Shown in pieces: positions 37,558 to 47,773 of a stretch of DNA of 64,000 nt. The DNA is from a virus. Where the stretch lies: IMG/VR virus record IMGVR_UViG_3300032164_000001; one strand, written 5' to 3'. Every line of letters begins with the position of its first letter. The first letter of the stretch is position 1. The notes below the pieces were generated by a model. It was given only the letters and a program-made list of their open reading frames with translations, did not search any database and was not told the origin of the DNA. A program made the position numbers and the translations under genes.

Positions 37558-39342
37558 CTACTCCTCGTCTGCAAAGCCGCCACCGCCCAGTGGCTGCAGG
37601 GGCATACCAGCCCTGTGCATGGCGGACAGCGGGATGACTCTGTCAGAACTCACTGCAACGTCCTGCGCCGTTTCCTCTTCTGCTGGCCGTGTGACAAGCG
37701 GAATGGGCGAGGAGCCAATGCCCAGGTCGTCAGCGGTCGACCCGGTGTGTAACTGCGCAAGAACGAAGGGCAGAGGCTTATTTGTCCAGTCCTCGGAAAT
37801 CTCTTCGAAGGCTCGGTTGAAGATGTCGGCGGCGAGCTCGCGGGCCTCAACCGGAAGCAGGATTCCTGCCTTGACCATGTTGGTCACCATGTCAGACATG
37901 GCTTCCGGGTCCCGGACGATTGGAGAGTTGGACCTGAAGATCCAGAACGTGATGCCTAGATCCGGAAAGATTCTCCGGTTGACGACAGAGTCAAGCACTT
38001 CTCGCTCTGGTTCGAACACCTGCTCTTCGGCAAGCTTCATCGAGGCGTAGGCCACCGAGCGATTCAACTGCTTGTCATCCCCTCGAAGAATTCTGGGCAG
38101 GCGGAAGGACCGAGCCACCTTTTCCTCATTCCTGACATCATAGTTCTGGAAGAGGGCATCCGACTGCTGTGCATCGCGGAGTGGGACGAACATCACCCTG
38201 GGAACTTGTCGTGGGCCAGAGTCTCCGACGGAGCGCTGGCTCTCGGCCTCGAGCACCAGGATGCGATGCGTGCTTCGCTTGCCCTTGAGATGCTCGTCGA
38301 TGAACTCCTCGATTCGTGTCGTGACGCCCTTGCCCAACCGTCCGCCTGACACGAGAAGAGCGAGTGGAGGAACGACGTTGTTCTTGAAGTAGTTGTAGTT
38401 CACCTCTTCGAGCTCTCTGTTACCAAGGACTCCAGGAAGGTTGGCGATCCAGCGCGAGACACCGTAGTCCGAGGCCGGGGTGAAGATGGTGAAGTGCAGC
38501 ATCTCCGACGCTGGTAGAGCCGTCGGCTCCTCAATCCGCAAGCCCTCCGGAGAGTCATACACTTTCCCCGTGCTGCGAGAGATGATTCGGGGATCGCCCA
38601 GCTCCTTGAAGTAGACACGTCGGCCATGCCGTCCAATCTTGAAATAGCGACGGAAGTAGATCGGCACTTCGTAAGTGCGCCATGTGATGTCCGTGACACG
38701 CACCTTCTCCTTCACCAGGGTTGGCTCTTCGTCTTCCTCACAGAGGCGCACGTGCAACGGGTTCACATAGTAGATGTTGACGATCTCACTGAGGCTGTTA
38801 CGCACAACTTCCCAGAACGCGTTGCCGATGACTTCCAGGTCTTGTCTCGTCCGACGACGCAGTTCGATGAAGGAGAAGAGCGGACAGACAAAGGAAAAGA
38901 AGGCCTTGAGCCTGGAGTACTCGAGTCTCGCTGTCCGACGGAGAAGCTCGATGCGGGCATCGACCTCGACCTCCGTCGGTTCGACAACGGCCTCCAGCAC
39001 CTCGCCCTTTTCGTGCGCATCCAGCGTGCGCTCGTAGAGAATGGCATCTGCGATGCGACCACGGGCGGATTTGGACGCCAGATCAATGGTTGGCAGAAGA
39101 TGGTGGCCAAAAGACTCGATGTTGGTCACATAGGCATCAACGTTGGGCCGCAGAATCGATGACTGCTCGAACAGCTTGTAAAGTCTCTCGAAATCGTAAG
39201 GGGGTGTCAGAACACCGGCCTCTTCGTCCTTCTTCACCAGGAAATCTATAAGTTCTGTGCCCTTCCGCTCTGCCTTGCCGAGCACGGTGGCCTTAATCGC
39301 TGAAACCTTTCTGGTTTTCGCTACGCTTTTATTAGTTGCCAC
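37558..39342 (-). CDS. Portal protein (PBSX/XkdE-like)
   Basis: TPPYDFERL; DLEVIGNAFWEVVRN; EMLHF; YGVSRW; NYNYFKNNVVP; SFRLP. Probable GTG start at 39342 after AGGAG. Confidence 0.93.
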   Translation of the reverse strand: MATNKSVAKTRKVSAIKATVLGKAERKGTELIDFLVKKDEEAGVLTPPYDFERLYKLFEQSSILRPNVDAYVTNIESFGHHLLPTIDLASKSARGRIADAILYERTLDAHEKGEVLEAVVEPTEVEVDARIELLRRTARLEYSRLKAFFSFVCPLFSFIELRRRTRQDLEVIGNAFWEVVRNSLSEIVNIYYVNPLHVRLCEEDEEPTLVKEKVRVTDITWRTYEVPIYFRRYFKIGRHGRRVYFKELGDPRIISRSTGKVYDSPEGLRIEEPTALPASEMLHFTIFTPASDYGVSRWIANLPGVLGNRELEEVNYNYFKNNVVPPLALLVSGGRLGKGVTTRIEEFIDEHLKGKRSTHRILVLEAESQRSVGDSGPRQVPRVMFVPLRDAQQSDALFQNYDVRNEEKVARSFRLPRILRGDDKQLNRSVAYASMKLAEEQVFEPEREVLDSVVNRRIFPDLGITFWIFRSNSPIVRDPEAMSDMVTNMVKAGILLPVEARELAADIFNRAFEEISEDWTNKPLPFVLAQLHTGSTADDLGIGSSPIPLVTRPAEEETAQDVAVSSDRVIPLSAMHRAGMPLQPLGGGGFADEE

Positions 39343-39400
39343 CTGATGTATCTCCTGCAAGTTGATGCTACTGTGCCACCCACGTGACACGATTTGCGCC

Positions 39401-39429
39401 ATGATAGACAGTCTTTGCTGGACAGTCAA
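39401..39429 (-). promoter_or_regulatory. Sigma70-like promoter of the portal/morphogenesis operon
   Basis: TTGACT-N17-TATCAT on the minus strand, ~60 nt upstream of the portal start. Confidence 0.6.
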
Positions 39430-39506
39430 ACCCAAAATGTGGCAGCATGTGAAGCGTCAACCATTCCGCGCAAGCCAAATAGAAGTCAGCGGAGGCAATT
39501 CAAACC

Positions 39507-39959
39507 ATGACTGACGTCCTCGCCACCACAGAAAAGCCGGTTTCCATCTACCAAGAGATGAAAGCTACCAGCAACTTCGGAGGTCTCACTCCAAAGGATG
39601 GTGCCGTAGCCCTCACCCCAACCTTTCTAATCGACGTTTACACGTTCGCGGCTGGTACCGAAGGAGGGCTGTTTTCCCCTTCTGTTGCACTGTACAGTTT
39701 CGAAAAGCGCGATCCGTTGAGTCTGATCGGCGTGGAGCTCAAGCTGGCTGATCAAGCCTCCTGGCTGGTCGAGCTTGAAAGCGCCGCTGGGAAGTCTGTC
39801 ATCATCTACTCGGGCACGAATGAGACACAGTTTTCCCGTGGCAGGGATGGAAGCCTTTACACACTACTGTGGGGTGACAAACTCAAGGTCACAACGGTTG
39901 GGGCCACTTTGGCCATGTCCTGCACGATCAAGCTCGCGCCGTATTACTTGGCACACTGA
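39507..39959 (+). CDS. Hypothetical protein (first gene of the divergent block)
   Basis: 150 aa; GGAGG RBS. Confidence 0.75.
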   Translation: MTDVLATTEKPVSIYQEMKATSNFGGLTPKDGAVALTPTFLIDVYTFAAGTEGGLFSPSVALYSFEKRDPLSLIGVELKLADQASWLVELESAAGKSVIIYSGTNETQFSRGRDGSLYTLLWGDKLKVTTVGATLAMSCTIKLAPYYLAH

Positions 39960-39993
39960 AATTACTGATTGGCTGCAGGAGCTTGCAGTGCAT

Positions 39994-40242
39994 ATGCAAG
40001 AAATTCTTGGCAAAGCCGCAGCCGCGTTGTACGCTGCAAGACTAAGACAAGACAAACAGAAAAGTGGCAGGCCGAATGGTTCTTGCTGCATCCACCAGAG
40101 CGAATCACAGAGCAGAAGACAGGTCACTTGCAGCAAACAGTCAATCCTACCTGAACCCAGTTTCAAATACAATTCGGTACATCTGCAACAACACCCGAGC
40201 AGAGGCAGTGCATCTGCAGCAATGCGTGGAGCCCACGCTTGA
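39994..40242 (+). CDS. Possible small hypothetical protein
   Basis: MQEILGKAAAALY...; its stop overlaps the next TTG start; atypical composition. Confidence 0.3.
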   Translation: MQEILGKAAAALYAARLRQDKQKSGRPNGSCCIHQSESQSRRQVTCSKQSILPEPSFKYNSVHLQQHPSRGSASAAMRGAHA

Positions 40243-40655
40243 TCTTACAGCCCACCACCACCGCTGGGCGAAGAGCTACCGAAGGTGTACTGACTTGTGC
40301 TTGCGAACCGGAGGATTCGGTCAACGATTGTGTGTACATTGCAGGTGCACCTGTGGGCGGAAAGCCTTACGTTCGCCGCTGCGACATCCAGAACTCCTCG
40401 AAGATTCCTGCTGTTGGAATCATTTACCAAAAGACTGGACCCAGCACCTGCCTGGTGAAGACACAGGGCCTTGTTCCGATTTCCTTCAGCTTGTCCCCAG
40501 GAGCTCGTTATTTCGTGGGTTCCGGAGGACAACCAACCAATGTGGTGCCAAGTCTCTCTGCACCATTCTGGTACATCCAGTATGTCGGCATGGCGACGTC
40601 GACCAGCCAACTTTTGTGCGAGCTCTCGTCACCCACAAAACGCGTAACAGATTGA
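40239..40655 (+). CDS. Capsid cement/head-fibre-like domain protein
   Basis: VNDCVYI...PAVGII...LSPGARYFV, similar to the C-terminus of 41391..43160. Confidence 0.6.
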   Translation: MILQPTTTAGRRATEGVLTCACEPEDSVNDCVYIAGAPVGGKPYVRRCDIQNSSKIPAVGIIYQKTGPSTCLVKTQGLVPISFSLSPGARYFVGSGGQPTNVVPSLSAPFWYIQYVGMATSTSQLLCELSSPTKRVTD

Positions 40656-40671
40656 TCAGCACGAGGTACAG

Positions 40672-41127
40672 ATGAAATCCATGAAAGCCGCAAGCAGAAG
40701 AAAGCAATGCACTCATCCTGGTTGCCGGAAGTTGCAGCAACCCGGCAAGGACACGTGTGAGGCTCATGGGCCAAATGGTGTCAAAAAGGCGCGCATGGCG
40801 GAGGACGACCGTCCAGTGCTCGATGCCATCATCCGAATGACAGAAATCGAACGACTCAACCTTGTGAAGGTTGAAACAGAGTGCGTGAATTTCATCCTCC
40901 AGATCAGAAATCACGACCTGGAGACAGAAGAGGTAAAGAGGAAGTTCACCGAGCAGTTGCACTCCAGGTCAACTCTCAGAACACAGCTCATGACTATGGC
41001 CGAAGCCAAAAAGAACGAACAACAGCTAACTGTCAAGGAGATCTCCGAAAAGTACAAGATGGATCCACAGCGGATGACTTACGACGGAGAAAGCGGTGTG
41101 ATCCGCGAGTTAGCAAAAGAGTCGTAG
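40672..41127 (+). CDS. Zinc-finger plus coiled-coil protein
   Basis: CTHPGC...CEAHG followed by heptad-like helices; GAGGT RBS. Confidence 0.7.
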   Translation: MKSMKAASRRKQCTHPGCRKLQQPGKDTCEAHGPNGVKKARMAEDDRPVLDAIIRMTEIERLNLVKVETECVNFILQIRNHDLETEEVKRKFTEQLHSRSTLRTQLMTMAEAKKNEQQLTVKEISEKYKMDPQRMTYDGESGVIRELAKES

Positions 41128-41390
41128 TCCTTTGGAGCACAATATGCTTCACGCATTTGGCAGCAGACCGAAGTCGCTCTACGGCGGAGCTACATGGTTG
41201 GCTGCTGGTACATATTGTAGAGGTATAGAGAAAGTAAAGACAGAAAAGAACAATGGAGGTGCCAGCCGAGTAGCAACAGCGATTGAAGAGAAGGCCAATG
41301 TAGTAGAAGTGAACTGTAGCCCCAACTGGCTGTCATTCAAAAAGGATTTCCAAAATGCCATGGGGTGACCCTATCGGAGGAGGTTTATCC

Positions 41391-43160
41391 TTGTCTCTAC
41401 GCAAACCGCTTTTCATGGATCCAACCGAGGGTTTCCACGAGGAACTCTCTCTTACCAGTGGTGACGTTCTCAACGTCTCCGGTATCACATTGCCCCCAGA
41501 GGGTAGTGGTGGTCTCGGCATCGACATGGGTGACAACAAAGTCACCAACATGGCGACCCCGACCGACGGGGCCGATGCAGCCACAAAGGAGTACGTGGAT
41601 GCGATCGCCAGGGGCCTCGATCCCCATGAGGCAGTCAGGGCCAAGACAGCCTGCAAGCTCGGCTCGCAAGCTCGTAGGGTTGGCAGTGGCGGTACAGGCT
41701 ACACTGGACTTGTCCAGAACGACACCATCACCCTCACCATCGATGGCGGCACTCCAGATGTCATCACCATCGGCGCCACTCCTCCGACCACCCTGGCTGG
41801 ACTGATCACCGAGATCAACACCCAGTACGGTTCGACCGTTGCCTACGCTGGTGCGACCAACCAGATCGATCTCCGCAGCGCGTCTTTCCTTGGTGTGAAT
41901 TCGATAGTCGCTGTTTCGGCTATCACGGGCAACTGGAACACCGAGGCCGGTATCACCGCTGGTAGCACTACCGGCGCGGTCTTCGTTGCCGCTGGAACAG
42001 GTGGCAGTCACACCCTGGAGTCGCCGGTTGTCGGCGCTTTCATGAACGGCTGCATCGACGGTATCACGCTGCTTGCCGATGAGCGTGTCCTTGTCACGTG
42101 GCAGGGTGGTGGTGATAGCACTGTTCATTTGGACAACGGTCTCTACATGGTCGCCACGCTCGGTGACGTCGCCGCGAAGCTCAAGCTCCAGCGTGTCGCA
42201 GACTGCGACACGGTTGCAGCCGGTGAGCTGTGGTCGGGTTGCTATGCCTGGGTCACCGATGGTCTCACGCTGAAGGACACGGGTTGGAGTGAGGTCACCG
42301 ACCTGACAGGGCTGACCATCGACGTTGACGCAACGAACAAGTGGGGGCAGGTCAGCGGTGCTGCGAGCTACACGTACGATCAAGGCTTGATCAAGAACAT
42401 CAGCTCCATCCAGGTGGACCTCGATAGCGGTGCAGATCTTCAGGGTGCTGGCGCTCCCACTCTCGCCAGGAAGTCCGGTTTGGAGTTCAGTGCTGACACT
42501 TCCGGTGGCAAGCTGCGAGTCGCTGTGGCCCCCAATGGCGGTCTCCAGCGTTACCAGACCACGCCTTTTGGTCTGGAGATCAAGCTCTACGCTCCGGGTG
42601 GAGTCAACACGTTGGCTCTCGATGGCAGTGGCGGCGGTCTCAGTGTCCTTGGTGTTCCTGACCTATTCACCATTGGCACCACCGCTACCAGTCAGACTCC
42701 CGGAACCGGCGTGGTGACCGCCGCCAACCTCAACACCCTGACAGCAGGTGCCACCAGCGATGCCGACGCCCTGCACACCCATCCCGCCATCACTCCTGAT
42801 TCAGCGGAGAGGGTGGAGATACCGATGGATGGTACAGGCGGATCCGTCGGTGTGGGTGACCCGGTCTACATCAGTGCCTCCGAGAAGATCAACGAGGCTG
42901 ACACCACGGACGCCAAGGCCAAGGTCATTGGCGTGGCTCGTGATGTGACCACAATCTCCGCGATCAAAGTTGTTGTGGCTGGTGTCGCCGTTGGTGTTCT
43001 CTCTGGCGCGGCCCCTGGCGCACCTTACTACCTGGCGACAGGTGGAGGGCTCACGACCGCTCTTCCAGGGGCTGGCAAGCGCGTGATTCAGTGTGGAATG
43101 GCCTGGAAGAACACGGACCTGTTCGTTCGTATCGTCGATTTCGGCAAGAAAGCTGCCTGA
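41391..43160 (+). CDS. Head/tail fibre protein with C-terminal cement-like domain
   Basis: TTG start after GGAGGAGG; IDMGDNKVTNMATPTDGADAATKEYVD; IDGITL...RVLV...NGLY; VGVGDPVYIS. Confidence 0.75.
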   Translation: MSLRKPLFMDPTEGFHEELSLTSGDVLNVSGITLPPEGSGGLGIDMGDNKVTNMATPTDGADAATKEYVDAIARGLDPHEAVRAKTACKLGSQARRVGSGGTGYTGLVQNDTITLTIDGGTPDVITIGATPPTTLAGLITEINTQYGSTVAYAGATNQIDLRSASFLGVNSIVAVSAITGNWNTEAGITAGSTTGAVFVAAGTGGSHTLESPVVGAFMNGCIDGITLLADERVLVTWQGGGDSTVHLDNGLYMVATLGDVAAKLKLQRVADCDTVAAGELWSGCYAWVTDGLTLKDTGWSEVTDLTGLTIDVDATNKWGQVSGAASYTYDQGLIKNISSIQVDLDSGADLQGAGAPTLARKSGLEFSADTSGGKLRVAVAPNGGLQRYQTTPFGLEIKLYAPGGVNTLALDGSGGGLSVLGVPDLFTIGTTATSQTPGTGVVTAANLNTLTAGATSDADALHTHPAITPDSAERVEIPMDGTGGSVGVGDPVYISASEKINEADTTDAKAKVIGVARDVTTISAIKVVVAGVAVGVLSGAAPGAPYYLATGGGLTTALPGAGKRVIQCGMAWKNTDLFVRIVDFGKKAA

Positions 43161-43210
43161 TTTCGAGCACTTAGGCTTCTAGTTCTTGAAGTGGTGCTTG
43201 AGGTTCTGGA

Positions 43211-43243
43211 AGGGTGGGGCTGGATTTGTTCTGGCCCCACCCT
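43211..43243 (+). terminator. GC-rich hairpin after the fibre gene
   Basis: AGGGTGGGGC...GCCCCACCCT followed by CCCTTTC. Confidence 0.5.
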
Positions 43244-43259
43244 CCCTTTCCTGGAGTAG

Positions 43260-43601
43260 ATGTTGGCGCTCGACCGAGTCAAACCTCTGAAGCTCGAGAG
43301 CATCGACACAGGTGGCGATGACGACGATCAGTTCCCTACATCTCTTGACCCCACTGAGGACTTAGTAGAGTGCGCTGGGATTGTTTTTGATGATGCCTCC
43401 CATGTCGATGAGAGCACAGTCATCACTCGCAGCAACAAGGACATGATCTTCAAGGATGGGTTCAACCCAAGCTATGTTACACTTACACAACTTCTCGAGG
43501 GCGTGGGGGCACGGGATAACCGCTATTTGGTTTTCAAAGTTGATGGCGGAACGGTGTACACTACAGCTGGAGATGTAGTTGAAAAGGCGACCGACCCATG
43601 A
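43260..43601 (+). CDS. Hypothetical virion protein
   Basis: 113 aa; GGAG RBS; ATGA coupling. Confidence 0.7.
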   Translation: MLALDRVKPLKLESIDTGGDDDDQFPTSLDPTEDLVECAGIVFDDASHVDESTVITRSNKDMIFKDGFNPSYVTLTQLLEGVGARDNRYLVFKVDGGTVYTTAGDVVEKATDP

Positions 43602-44119
43602 GCACTGGGCTGCACAAAGACCTAGAGATTCTGGAAATCCATCGAGTCCAATGCCTGGAGTATGCGAACTCCACACTGCGCGAGGGGGCGACAGGACTGG
43701 TGGCTGCGGACGTGGGTAGGGTGAGTCGGCAGACAGACGACGATACCTTCTGGCTGCTTACCGACCACAGCCCCGTGACGTGGGTTCAGCTAGGTGCTGC
43801 TTCGGGCATCTCCGAGGCCCAACACAAGGCTCTGCGGCACCTGATACATTTTATATCTTCCGGCCCCGCTGAAGGGTTTGCCAGTGGAGCATACCAAGAA
43901 ACAACGGGTACCGTCTTCCCAACCGCTGTGATTTGGTATGATAAAGCCGGAGTTGGAAAGAAGAAGATCGTTGAGAAGACCATTGCGTGGACCGGAGTGA
44001 ATCCAACTACCATCACCTGGAAGATATACGACGCGGCTGAGACGTTGCTCGCCACGGTCACAGATACGGTGAGCTACTCTGGCGTGTTCGAGACCAGCAG
44101 AACGAGGGCAATCTCATGA
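43598..44119 (+). CDS. Hypothetical virion protein
   Basis: 173 aa; translationally coupled on both sides. Confidence 0.7.
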   Translation: MSTGLHKDLEILEIHRVQCLEYANSTLREGATGLVAADVGRVSRQTDDDTFWLLTDHSPVTWVQLGAASGISEAQHKALRHLIHFISSGPAEGFASGAYQETTGTVFPTAVIWYDKAGVGKKKIVEKTIAWTGVNPTTITWKIYDAAETLLATVTDTVSYSGVFETSRTRAIS

Positions 44120-46908
44120 GTGACTCCCCAGCTTCGATCCTTCACAACACGAGTGGAACAGAGATTGCCACTGCCAGCAATCCGGTGCGTGTGGACCCGA
44201 CAGGTACCACGGCGCAACCAGTCACCCAAAGCACCGCCAGCAACCTCAAGACCCAAGTGGATGGGCAAGGCACAGCTGGTTCACCAGCTGGTGGGGTGGT
44301 CTCCGTTCAAGGTGTGGCTAGTGGGACTGTGCTTCCGGTTTCAGACGGGGGTGGAACGCTCACCGTAGATGGTACAGTTACCGCCAATATCGGCACCGGC
44401 GGGAATCTGGCTCTCGACGCCACCCTCACGGGCGGAACGCAGAAGGCCATTGTCCGAGGTGGGGCCAAGGGTGCCATCTCAGCAGCTGATGTCACTTCCA
44501 CAGCAGAGGGGACTGACCATCAAGCCCTCGACGTTCAGGTCATGCACGGAGGCGCGGCTGTCAACCCTACAGCCATTAGGGCATTGACCAGCTCCGATGT
44601 GGTGACAGCCACCCAAGGTACAGCAGCTGCCACTGCAGGAGCCTGGCCTGCCAAAGTGACTGACGGAACCAACGTCTCGGCAGTCAAAGCCGCAAGCACT
44701 CCTGCTGCAGCAACAGACCCTGCCCTTGTAGTGGCGATCAGTCCCAACAACACACCGATTCTGCCGAACGGGGCAGCGACCTCAACGCTGCAGACCACTG
44801 GCAACACATCTCTAGGAAACCTGGACACCAAGACTCCTGCGCTTGGTCAAGCCGCCATGGCTGCCAGTCAGCCTGTGGTGATTGCCAGCAACCAGACTGC
44901 TGTTCCTGTAACTGGATCTTTCTCCTCGAGTGTGGTTCCCAATGGCACCCCTGTCACGGGAACAATTACTGCTCTCAACGGAACCGTACAGGCTGCGGCT
45001 GAAGGGTGGGAGAGCATCAATGTTGTTATCACAGGGACATGGAATGCGCAGCTAGTATTTGAGGTATCTAGTGATAGTGGTAGTACGTGGCTCCAAGCTG
45101 CTTTCATTGGCACTGCTGCGCCCAACCCAAATCCTGTTCTGTTGTATGCGCTAACCGCCAATGGTACCTATCAGGGAGTAGGAAACTCTGCTTGCACCCA
45201 TGTGAGAGTACGCGCCGCTGCATTTACTTCTGGCACGGTGTCAGTGCGAATTGTTCTTGCATCCAATAGACAAGCCGTACCTCTTACGCGCTCTTTAATG
45301 CAACAAAACGTGGTGGCGTCATCGAACAACAACTCTACTGCGAATCTGGCGGCTGGTGCATCCTTCACCGGCACTGCTGAGAACACATTGGGAGTGGTAG
45401 GAATCCTGGTCAACCTCAAGGCCGATCAGTCGATTTTGGTGAAACTGCAGCAGAGTCCGGATAGCACCAACTGGGATCACGAAACTGAGTTCACGGTGAT
45501 GGCTGGTGTGGGTGACAACCGCACGTACCAGGCGACGGCTTCATACTTCCGCATAATTCTTACCAACGTCGGCAATGCCACGACTACCTATCTGCGACTT
45601 CAGGTGACACTGTGCCCTGTGGCTGAGGCTCTGCCTCCAAGTCTTACGCCCAACCGCAAGCTCAGTTTGGCTGCCATGACCACTAGTTGGGCGCCAGACC
45701 CCAGCAGCCATCAGGACAATCCACAAAATCGTGCGCTACGGATGGACGTGGATAGGAACCTCAACACTCGTTCCCGTGTGCTAACGGATGAAGCCAGTTT
45801 CCGGGATGATTTCACTGGAACTGCCATATACAGCGATAAGACTGGAACATACTACTTCACCAACGGCAGTAAAGTTGTCACTGGTGTTGGCACGGCATTT
45901 TTGACCGAGCTGAATAAACAACATCACATCAAGCAGTCCACACACGCCGACTCGGCCTATGCTCTTGTGGATGACGTCAAGAATGACACCTACCTGGAGC
46001 TGATTGAGCCCTATACGGGCGCTACAGCTTCAGGTACAGGCAGAGCTTCGTTCTGGAAGTACACCATTGGCTCGGGTGCCTCGATTACTCAGACCGGCTC
46101 TGAAATCCTGCTCGCCTCGGGTACTACCAGTGGCTCTCGGGTCCACGCCCACAGAGGTGGAGATTACCTCCCCTACGTGATCGGGTTCAAGGCTAGAGTC
46201 ACTCAGCGCATTGCTAATCAGATCATTACTATGGGACTGGGAGACAGTGAGTACGACACCGCTGAGAACCAAGCGATGCTGGTCTTTGATGGAACCACGA
46301 ATACTACAGTCAAGCTCAGAACCAGTTCGTCAGCAGCAGATGTGGAGATCACTACTGCCACACTACCTGATGGACTGGTGTCGAGCACCTCTGCGTACTA
46401 CCAGTTGGAGGTGACAGGTTCCAAGGTCACGCTGTTTTGCAACGATGTGAAGCTGATTGAACACAAGCTGCACATCCCTGGTCCCTACGCCCCGATGGAC
46501 TGTCACGCGGACATGCACAACACAGGGGTAGCTGGTAGCACAACAACCCTGGCTCTTGATACCTACTTCTTTAACAACTTTGATAGGGTTGAAATTGCCG
46601 GTTCGAGCAAAGGCGATCCGTTCTCGACCAAGGAGATGCGGGCGTCCGTATCTACCGTGACTTCTGTAGCTGCTGCGGTTGCAGACACTTTATTGCTAGC
46701 AGCCAACCCCAACCGTCTTGGGGCAACTGTGGTAAACGACGGCACCTCGATTTTGTACTTGAAGTTCGGGAGTGGTGCGAGCGCCACATCGTACACTGTA
46801 CGTATGACCTCTTATGCCTACTATGAAGTGCCATTCGGTTACACGGGTCGAATCAACGGATATTGGGCTGCTGCAAACGGAAATGCCAGAGTGACCGAGG
46901 TCCAATAG
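44116..46908 (+). CDS. Long fibre/spike-like structural protein
   Basis: 930 aa; T/A/G/S-rich N-terminal repeats followed by beta-rich domains. Confidence 0.7.
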   Translation: MSDSPASILHNTSGTEIATASNPVRVDPTGTTAQPVTQSTASNLKTQVDGQGTAGSPAGGVVSVQGVASGTVLPVSDGGGTLTVDGTVTANIGTGGNLALDATLTGGTQKAIVRGGAKGAISAADVTSTAEGTDHQALDVQVMHGGAAVNPTAIRALTSSDVVTATQGTAAATAGAWPAKVTDGTNVSAVKAASTPAAATDPALVVAISPNNTPILPNGAATSTLQTTGNTSLGNLDTKTPALGQAAMAASQPVVIASNQTAVPVTGSFSSSVVPNGTPVTGTITALNGTVQAAAEGWESINVVITGTWNAQLVFEVSSDSGSTWLQAAFIGTAAPNPNPVLLYALTANGTYQGVGNSACTHVRVRAAAFTSGTVSVRIVLASNRQAVPLTRSLMQQNVVASSNNNSTANLAAGASFTGTAENTLGVVGILVNLKADQSILVKLQQSPDSTNWDHETEFTVMAGVGDNRTYQATASYFRIILTNVGNATTTYLRLQVTLCPVAEALPPSLTPNRKLSLAAMTTSWAPDPSSHQDNPQNRALRMDVDRNLNTRSRVLTDEASFRDDFTGTAIYSDKTGTYYFTNGSKVVTGVGTAFLTELNKQHHIKQSTHADSAYALVDDVKNDTYLELIEPYTGATASGTGRASFWKYTIGSGASITQTGSEILLASGTTSGSRVHAHRGGDYLPYVIGFKARVTQRIANQIITMGLGDSEYDTAENQAMLVFDGTTNTTVKLRTSSSAADVEITTATLPDGLVSSTSAYYQLEVTGSKVTLFCNDVKLIEHKLHIPGPYAPMDCHADMHNTGVAGSTTTLALDTYFFNNFDRVEIAGSSKGDPFSTKEMRASVSTVTSVAAAVADTLLLAANPNRLGATVVNDGTSILYLKFGSGASATSYTVRMTSYAYYEVPFGYTGRINGYWAAANGNARVTEVQ

Positions 46909-46911
46909 CAC

Positions 46912-47346
46912 ATGGGTCTCTATCCGCCAGTTCCAGAAGTGGGAGGAATAGTGCAGACAGCATCTGCACTACTGGCGGTGAATACCACTACCACTTCGAT
47001 CACCTATGTCGACTTGCTGACGGTTACTCTCACAACCGTGGGGGCATCTCGGTTGGAGATCTACGCTAGCCTGTCGACTTCCAATGCTGTGAGCCGTGCG
47101 GGCACGAATCAGGACTATTTTAGATTGACGGTGGACTCAACCGTGCTGATAGAGGGTGGCAGTGAGCAGTGGACAGTCACAGAAGCCAGTGCATTGTTCT
47201 GTGTAACTGACGTGCTATCGGCAGGATCGCACACTGTGCATTTGCAGTGGTGCACCGACACAGGAGGAACACTTCGTTGTAGTGCTGGTACCATAGTTGC
47301 CCAACCTGAACACGCCTCACTCGTAGTGGTAGAGACGACAGGGTAA
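46912..47346 (+). CDS. Small beta-sandwich virion protein, paralog 1 of 3
   Basis: TTTTSITYVDLL...FRLTVD...AGSHTVHLQW...TLRC. Confidence 0.7.
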   Translation: MGLYPPVPEVGGIVQTASALLAVNTTTTSITYVDLLTVTLTTVGASRLEIYASLSTSNAVSRAGTNQDYFRLTVDSTVLIEGGSEQWTVTEASALFCVTDVLSAGSHTVHLQWCTDTGGTLRCSAGTIVAQPEHASLVVVETTG

Positions 47347-47350
47347 TCCT

Positions 47351-47773
47351 GTGCCCCTATTTCCACCCTTACCCACCATAGCAACTCAGACCATTTATAC
47401 ACCCTTGACCGTGGACACTACTACCACGTCTACGAGCTATGTCAACCTGTTAACACAAAACATTGTCATTCAGGAAGGTAGCTACCTTCTCATTCGGTCC
47501 TCTTTCTCGAGTTCGGATAGCAGCTCGGCTGCTGGCCAGAACTACTTTCGTGTGACCGTTGATGACACCGATTATGGCTATGCCGGAGCTGAAATCTTCA
47601 CCTGCATTCAATCAGGATCGATTGTTTTAAAAGTTGGCCCGCTGACCGCAGGTAACCACATAGTCAACCTAGATTGGCAAACAGCAGCAGGAAATACACT
47701 TCGGTGTCGCCCAGTCACACAGGCTGAGCAGGCAAGTATTGTCACCACCGAGGTTACGGACAGGGAAACCTGA
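47351..47773 (+). CDS. Small beta-sandwich virion protein, paralog 2 of 3
   Basis: TTTTSTSYVNLL...FRVTVD...AGNHIVNLDW...TLRCRP. Confidence 0.7.
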   Translation: MPLFPPLPTIATQTIYTPLTVDTTTTSTSYVNLLTQNIVIQEGSYLLIRSSFSSSDSSSAAGQNYFRVTVDDTDYGYAGAEIFTCIQSGSIVLKVGPLTAGNHIVNLDWQTAAGNTLRCRPVTQAEQASIVTTEVTDRET

